Shown here: positions 60,605-64,000 of the stretch, in pieces
Position numbering within the stretch: position 1 is the stretch's first letter
Layout of the letters: each line of letters begins with the position of its first letter
Source of the DNA: Acholeplasmataceae bacterium
GTDB taxonomy: Bacteria; Bacillota_I; Bacilli_A; Acholeplasmatales; Acholeplasmataceae
Direction of reading: 5' to 3'
Length of the DNA: 64,000 bases
Assembly (NCBI GenBank): GCA_963675245.1
Contig: OY775910.1
Span: forward strand, 1,376,001-1,440,000
Notes under the pieces: generated by a model
Seen by the model: only the letters and a program-made list of their open reading frames with translations
Told to the model about the DNA's origin: nothing
Database searches by the model: none
Made by a program: the position numbers and the translations under genes

Positions 60605-63307
60605 ATGAATTACAAAGACACATTACACATGCCGAAAACAGATTTTCCAATGCGTGGAAATCTTGGGCAAAAAGAACCCGAGATGCAAAAGCACTGGGAA
60701 GAATTAAAATTATACGAAGAAAATTTAAAGAAAAATGAAGGAAATCCATCGTTTATCTTACATGATGGGCCACCATATGCGAATGGTGATATTCACTTAG
60801 GGCATGCACTAAATAAAATCTTAAAGGATTTTGTTTTGCGTTATCAAACCATGCTTGGTAAATACACAAGATACATTCCAGGTTGGGATACGCATGGTCT
60901 TCCGATTGAAACCGCACTAGCTAAAAAAGGTGTAAAACGTAAAGAATTAGAACTTTATGAATACCGAGAACTATGTTATCAGTATGCGATGGAACAAGTT
61001 GAAAGACAAAAAGAACAATTCAAAAGACTTGGTGTTTTAGGCGAATGGGATAAGCCATATATCACTTTAACAGCTGATTATGAAGAAAGACAAATTAATG
61101 TATTTGCTAAAATGGTTGAAAGAGGTTTAATCTATAAAGGATTAAAACCTGTTTATTGGTCACCATCTAGTGAATCTGCATTAGCAGAAGCAGAAATTGA
61201 ATATCAAGATCATACATCAACCTCTATTTATGTTGCTTTTCCAGCTGATTCAAACAATCCATTATTAAAAGATGCACATTACATTATTTGGACGACAACA
61301 CCTTGGACGATTCCTGCAAATTTAGCGATTGCAGTTCATCCTAAAATGGCGTATGCAATCTTTACTGTCAATGGTAAAAAGTATGTTGCTGCACAAGAGT
61401 TACTCAGTAAATTAGCATCTGATTTTGGATGGGATGCTTACGATGTTGTTAAGACCCTATTTGGTAAAGATCTAGAATTGGAAAGATATGTACATCCCCT
61501 TTATGGACGTGTTTCTCCAGTTATCCTTGGTGATCATGTCACTGCTGAAGATGGTTCAGGACTTGTTCATACAGCCCCTGGTCATGGTGATGATGACTAT
61601 AAAGTAGGTCGTCAATATAATCTAGACATTCTAAGTCCTGTTGATCATCGTGGTTTTATGACTGCAGAAGCAGGTAAAAAGTTTGAAGGGCTGTTCTACG
61701 AAGAAGCTAACGATAAAATAGTTGAAGCACTAGAGGAACAAGGAGTTCTATTAAAAGCACAGAAATTTTCACATTCATACCCACATGACTGGCGAACTAA
61801 AAAACCAGTTATCTTCAGAGCGACGCCTCAATGGTTCGCATCTATATCCAAACTAAAAAAAGAGTTATTAGAAGAAGTTAAAAAGGTTAGTTGGTTACCT
61901 ACATGGGGTGAAGTTAGATTAGCAAACATGGTACAAAACCGAGAAGACTGGGTCATTTCAAGACAACGTGCATGGGGTGTTCCAATTCCTGCTTTTTATG
62001 CTGAAAATGGTGACGCAATCCTCGACCCTGTTATTATTAAGCATGTTGCTAAACTATTTGGAGAACACGGTTCAAATGTTTGGTATAAGTGGGAAGCGAA
62101 TGATTTACTTCCTAAAGGATTTAAACATCCTTCAAGTCCAAATGGTATCTTCAAAAAAGAAATGGATATTATGGATGTTTGGTTTGATTCTGGGACATCA
62201 CATCAATTGATGGAAGCACGCGGTGAAAGCTATCCAGCAGATTTATATTTAGAAGGTTCTGATCAATATCGTGGTTGGTTTAATTCATCACTCATAACTG
62301 GGGTTGCTGCTTTTGGTAAAGCACCATATAAAAAAGTTGTTTCACATGGTTTTACGTTAGACCCACAAGGTAGAAAAATGAGTAAATCTTTAGGTAATAC
62401 AGTAGATCCAATCAAAGTGATGAAACAACAAGGGGCAGATTTACTACGTTTATGGGTCGCATCTGTTGATTATCAAGCAGACGTTAAAAATTCTAATGAA
62501 CTCATGGTTCAGATTGCTGAAAGTTACAGAAAAATTAGAAATACATTTAGATTTATGCTTGCGAATATCAGCGATTTTAATCCTGAAGAAGATTTTATCG
62601 GATATTCTATGCGCGGTAATTTAAATCGTGTCATGACTATTAAGTATGAAGCACTTAAAAAAGCAATCTTAGACGCGTATGATAATTATCAATTTGATCA
62701 TGTTACACGGCTTGTGATGCCATTTATGATCAATGATTTATCCGCTTATTATCTTGACTATACAAAAGATATCCTCTATATTGAAGGTAAGAAATCTTTT
62801 GAACGTTTAAGTGTTCAATCAACAATCTATGAAATCTTATACGGTTTACTTGTTTTATTAACACCAATTATGCCTCATACGACATCAGAAGCGTATGCTT
62901 ATTTACCAGGTCCTAAAGAAAAAGATGTTTACTTAGAACGTATGCCAGAAAACTACGTTCATGAAAATAAGCCATTAATGGACGCATTTAACGAATTTGA
63001 AACAGTTAGAACTGCTATACTTAAAGTACTAGAAGATGCGAGAGCAGAAAAAGTAATTGGTAAATCACTTCAAGCAAAAGTGTCATTATCTGTGACTCAA
63101 GCTCAGATGGATGCAATCAATTATTTAGATATGAAACTTCATCAAGTGTTAATCGTTTCATCAGTTGATGTAAAGGTTAGTGATCAACTCGCTATTGAAG
63201 TGAGCGTAGCTGAAGGTGAAACTTGTGCTCGCTGTTGGAATGTCGTTGATCATGTGCATGATGATGAACTTTGTGATCGTTGCCATCACATTTTAGAAGG
63301 AGAATAA
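60605..63307 (+). CDS. ileS: isoleucine--tRNA ligase
   Basis: HDGPPYANG, HLGH, WTTTPWT, KMSKS, C-terminal CARCW Zn site. Confidence 0.97.
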   Translation: MNYKDTLHMPKTDFPMRGNLGQKEPEMQKHWEELKLYEENLKKNEGNPSFILHDGPPYANGDIHLGHALNKILKDFVLRYQTMLGKYTRYIPGWDTHGLPIETALAKKGVKRKELELYEYRELCYQYAMEQVERQKEQFKRLGVLGEWDKPYITLTADYEERQINVFAKMVERGLIYKGLKPVYWSPSSESALAEAEIEYQDHTSTSIYVAFPADSNNPLLKDAHYIIWTTTPWTIPANLAIAVHPKMAYAIFTVNGKKYVAAQELLSKLASDFGWDAYDVVKTLFGKDLELERYVHPLYGRVSPVILGDHVTAEDGSGLVHTAPGHGDDDYKVGRQYNLDILSPVDHRGFMTAEAGKKFEGLFYEEANDKIVEALEEQGVLLKAQKFSHSYPHDWRTKKPVIFRATPQWFASISKLKKELLEEVKKVSWLPTWGEVRLANMVQNREDWVISRQRAWGVPIPAFYAENGDAILDPVIIKHVAKLFGEHGSNVWYKWEANDLLPKGFKHPSSPNGIFKKEMDIMDVWFDSGTSHQLMEARGESYPADLYLEGSDQYRGWFNSSLITGVAAFGKAPYKKVVSHGFTLDPQGRKMSKSLGNTVDPIKVMKQQGADLLRLWVASVDYQADVKNSNELMVQIAESYRKIRNTFRFMLANISDFNPEEDFIGYSMRGNLNRVMTIKYEALKKAILDAYDNYQFDHVTRLVMPFMINDLSAYYLDYTKDILYIEGKKSFERLSVQSTIYEILYGLLVLLTPIMPHTTSEAYAYLPGPKEKDVYLERMPENYVHENKPLMDAFNEFETVRTAILKVLEDARAEKVIGKSLQAKVSLSVTQAQMDAINYLDMKLHQVLIVSSVDVKVSDQLAIEVSVAEGETCARCWNVVDHVHDDELCDRCHHILEGE

Positions 63308-63308
63308 A

Positions 63309-64000
63309 ATGAATATACTAGTTGTTAATGATGACGGCTATCAAGCCGAAGGATTAGCATTACTTGTTAGAGCATTATCACCTTTTGGTAATCTTTATGT
63401 GTCTGCACCAAAAAATCACCAAAGTGGTATGAGTCAAGCGATTACGTTTAATCGTCGTATTGATACATTTATGATTGAACCAATGCATGGTACATTAGCG
63501 ACATTAGTTGTTGATGGGACACCTGTTGACTCAGTAAGACTAGGTTTAAAGTTGTTTGATGTTGATTTTGATCTTGTTGTATCAGGTATCAATTACGGAC
63601 AAAATATTGCAAAAGACATCTTATATTCTGGAACGGTTGCAGCGGCATATGAAGCGAAGATACTAGGTATAGATGCGATTGCTATATCAGCAGCTAGAAC
63701 AGATTTAAGTTATTTATATGATGAAACGATTAAACTAATGGATGAAATATTAGAAACTGGTATTTATAAAGGTTCTGGTATTCTTAATATTAATTTTCCA
63801 AGAGCAGACTATCAAAAACCTAAAGGTGTTAAAATCACAAGGCAAGGTGAACGTTATCAACATGCTGAATATGTGAAAAGTGAAACACCTGACAGTTATC
63901 ATGTCAAGAGTTCTATTATTCAGTATGAAGAGCATGTAGATTCTGATGTAGAAGCCTATGAAACAGGCTTTATATCAATAACGCCACTTATGATTAACAG
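63309..64000 (+). CDS. surE: 5'/3'-nucleotidase SurE (3' truncated; absent from the ORF track)
   Basis: ATG 63309: MNILVVNDDGYQAEG, SAP..HQSG, DGTPVD, VSGINYG, YSGTVAAA; open to the window end. Confidence 0.92.
   Translation, partial: MNILVVNDDGYQAEGLALLVRALSPFGNLYVSAPKNHQSGMSQAITFNRRIDTFMIEPMHGTLATLVVDGTPVDSVRLGLKLFDVDFDLVVSGINYGQNIAKDILYSGTVAAAYEAKILGIDAIAISAARTDLSYLYDETIKLMDEILETGIYKGSGILNINFPRADYQKPKGVKITRQGERYQHAEYVKSETPDSYHVKSSIIQYEEHVDSDVEAYETGFISITPLMIN

Noticed and set aside
7779..63935. Short antisense or alternate-frame ORFs in the track (e.g. 7779-8045, 8255-8563, 21096-21536, 24223-24585, 49949-50311, 63750-63935)
   Set aside because: All overlap well-supported genes and show no recognisable motifs; 63750-63935 is antisense to surE

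Overview
Low-GC bacterial chromosome segment using the standard code (TGA = stop). The gene content (ftsZ-ychF-yggS-sepF-ileS with no ftsA, divIVA or cell-wall genes; type II fatty-acid synthesis) suggests a free-living, probably wall-less Acholeplasmatales/Izemoplasmatales-type organism; this is inference. Most of the window is housekeeping: fabG/fabF/fabZ/birA, a fluoride-riboswitch-led cation:H+ antiporter, Trk K+ uptake, tRNA-Val(GAC), MATE pumps, tmRNA, MacB-like ABC fusions, mutY, galM, preQ1-riboswitch queT, tgt, T-box ileS and surE. The standout is a ~22 kb locus (17.6-39.7 kb). Two GGDEF-EAL genes are followed by a consensus promoter and three tandem c-di-GMP-I (GEMM) riboswitches, each with its own terminator and with mixed G20/A20 specificity bases. 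These precede an 11-gene operon: five proteins with SipW-cognate (TasA/CalY-like, YA^WF-type) signal peptides, one related membrane-anchored protein, two SipW-type signal peptidases, a membrane-anchored McrB-like AAA+ NTPase with an apparently nuclease-less DUF2357/coiled-coil partner, and a 2499-aa adhesin-like protein. A fourth riboswitch overlaps the end of the second peptidase CDS and gates the last three genes. I interpret the locus as a cyclic-dinucleotide-gated surface filament/biofilm system that may have repurposed an McrBC-family module. All family assignments come from motif recognition by eye, not database searches.
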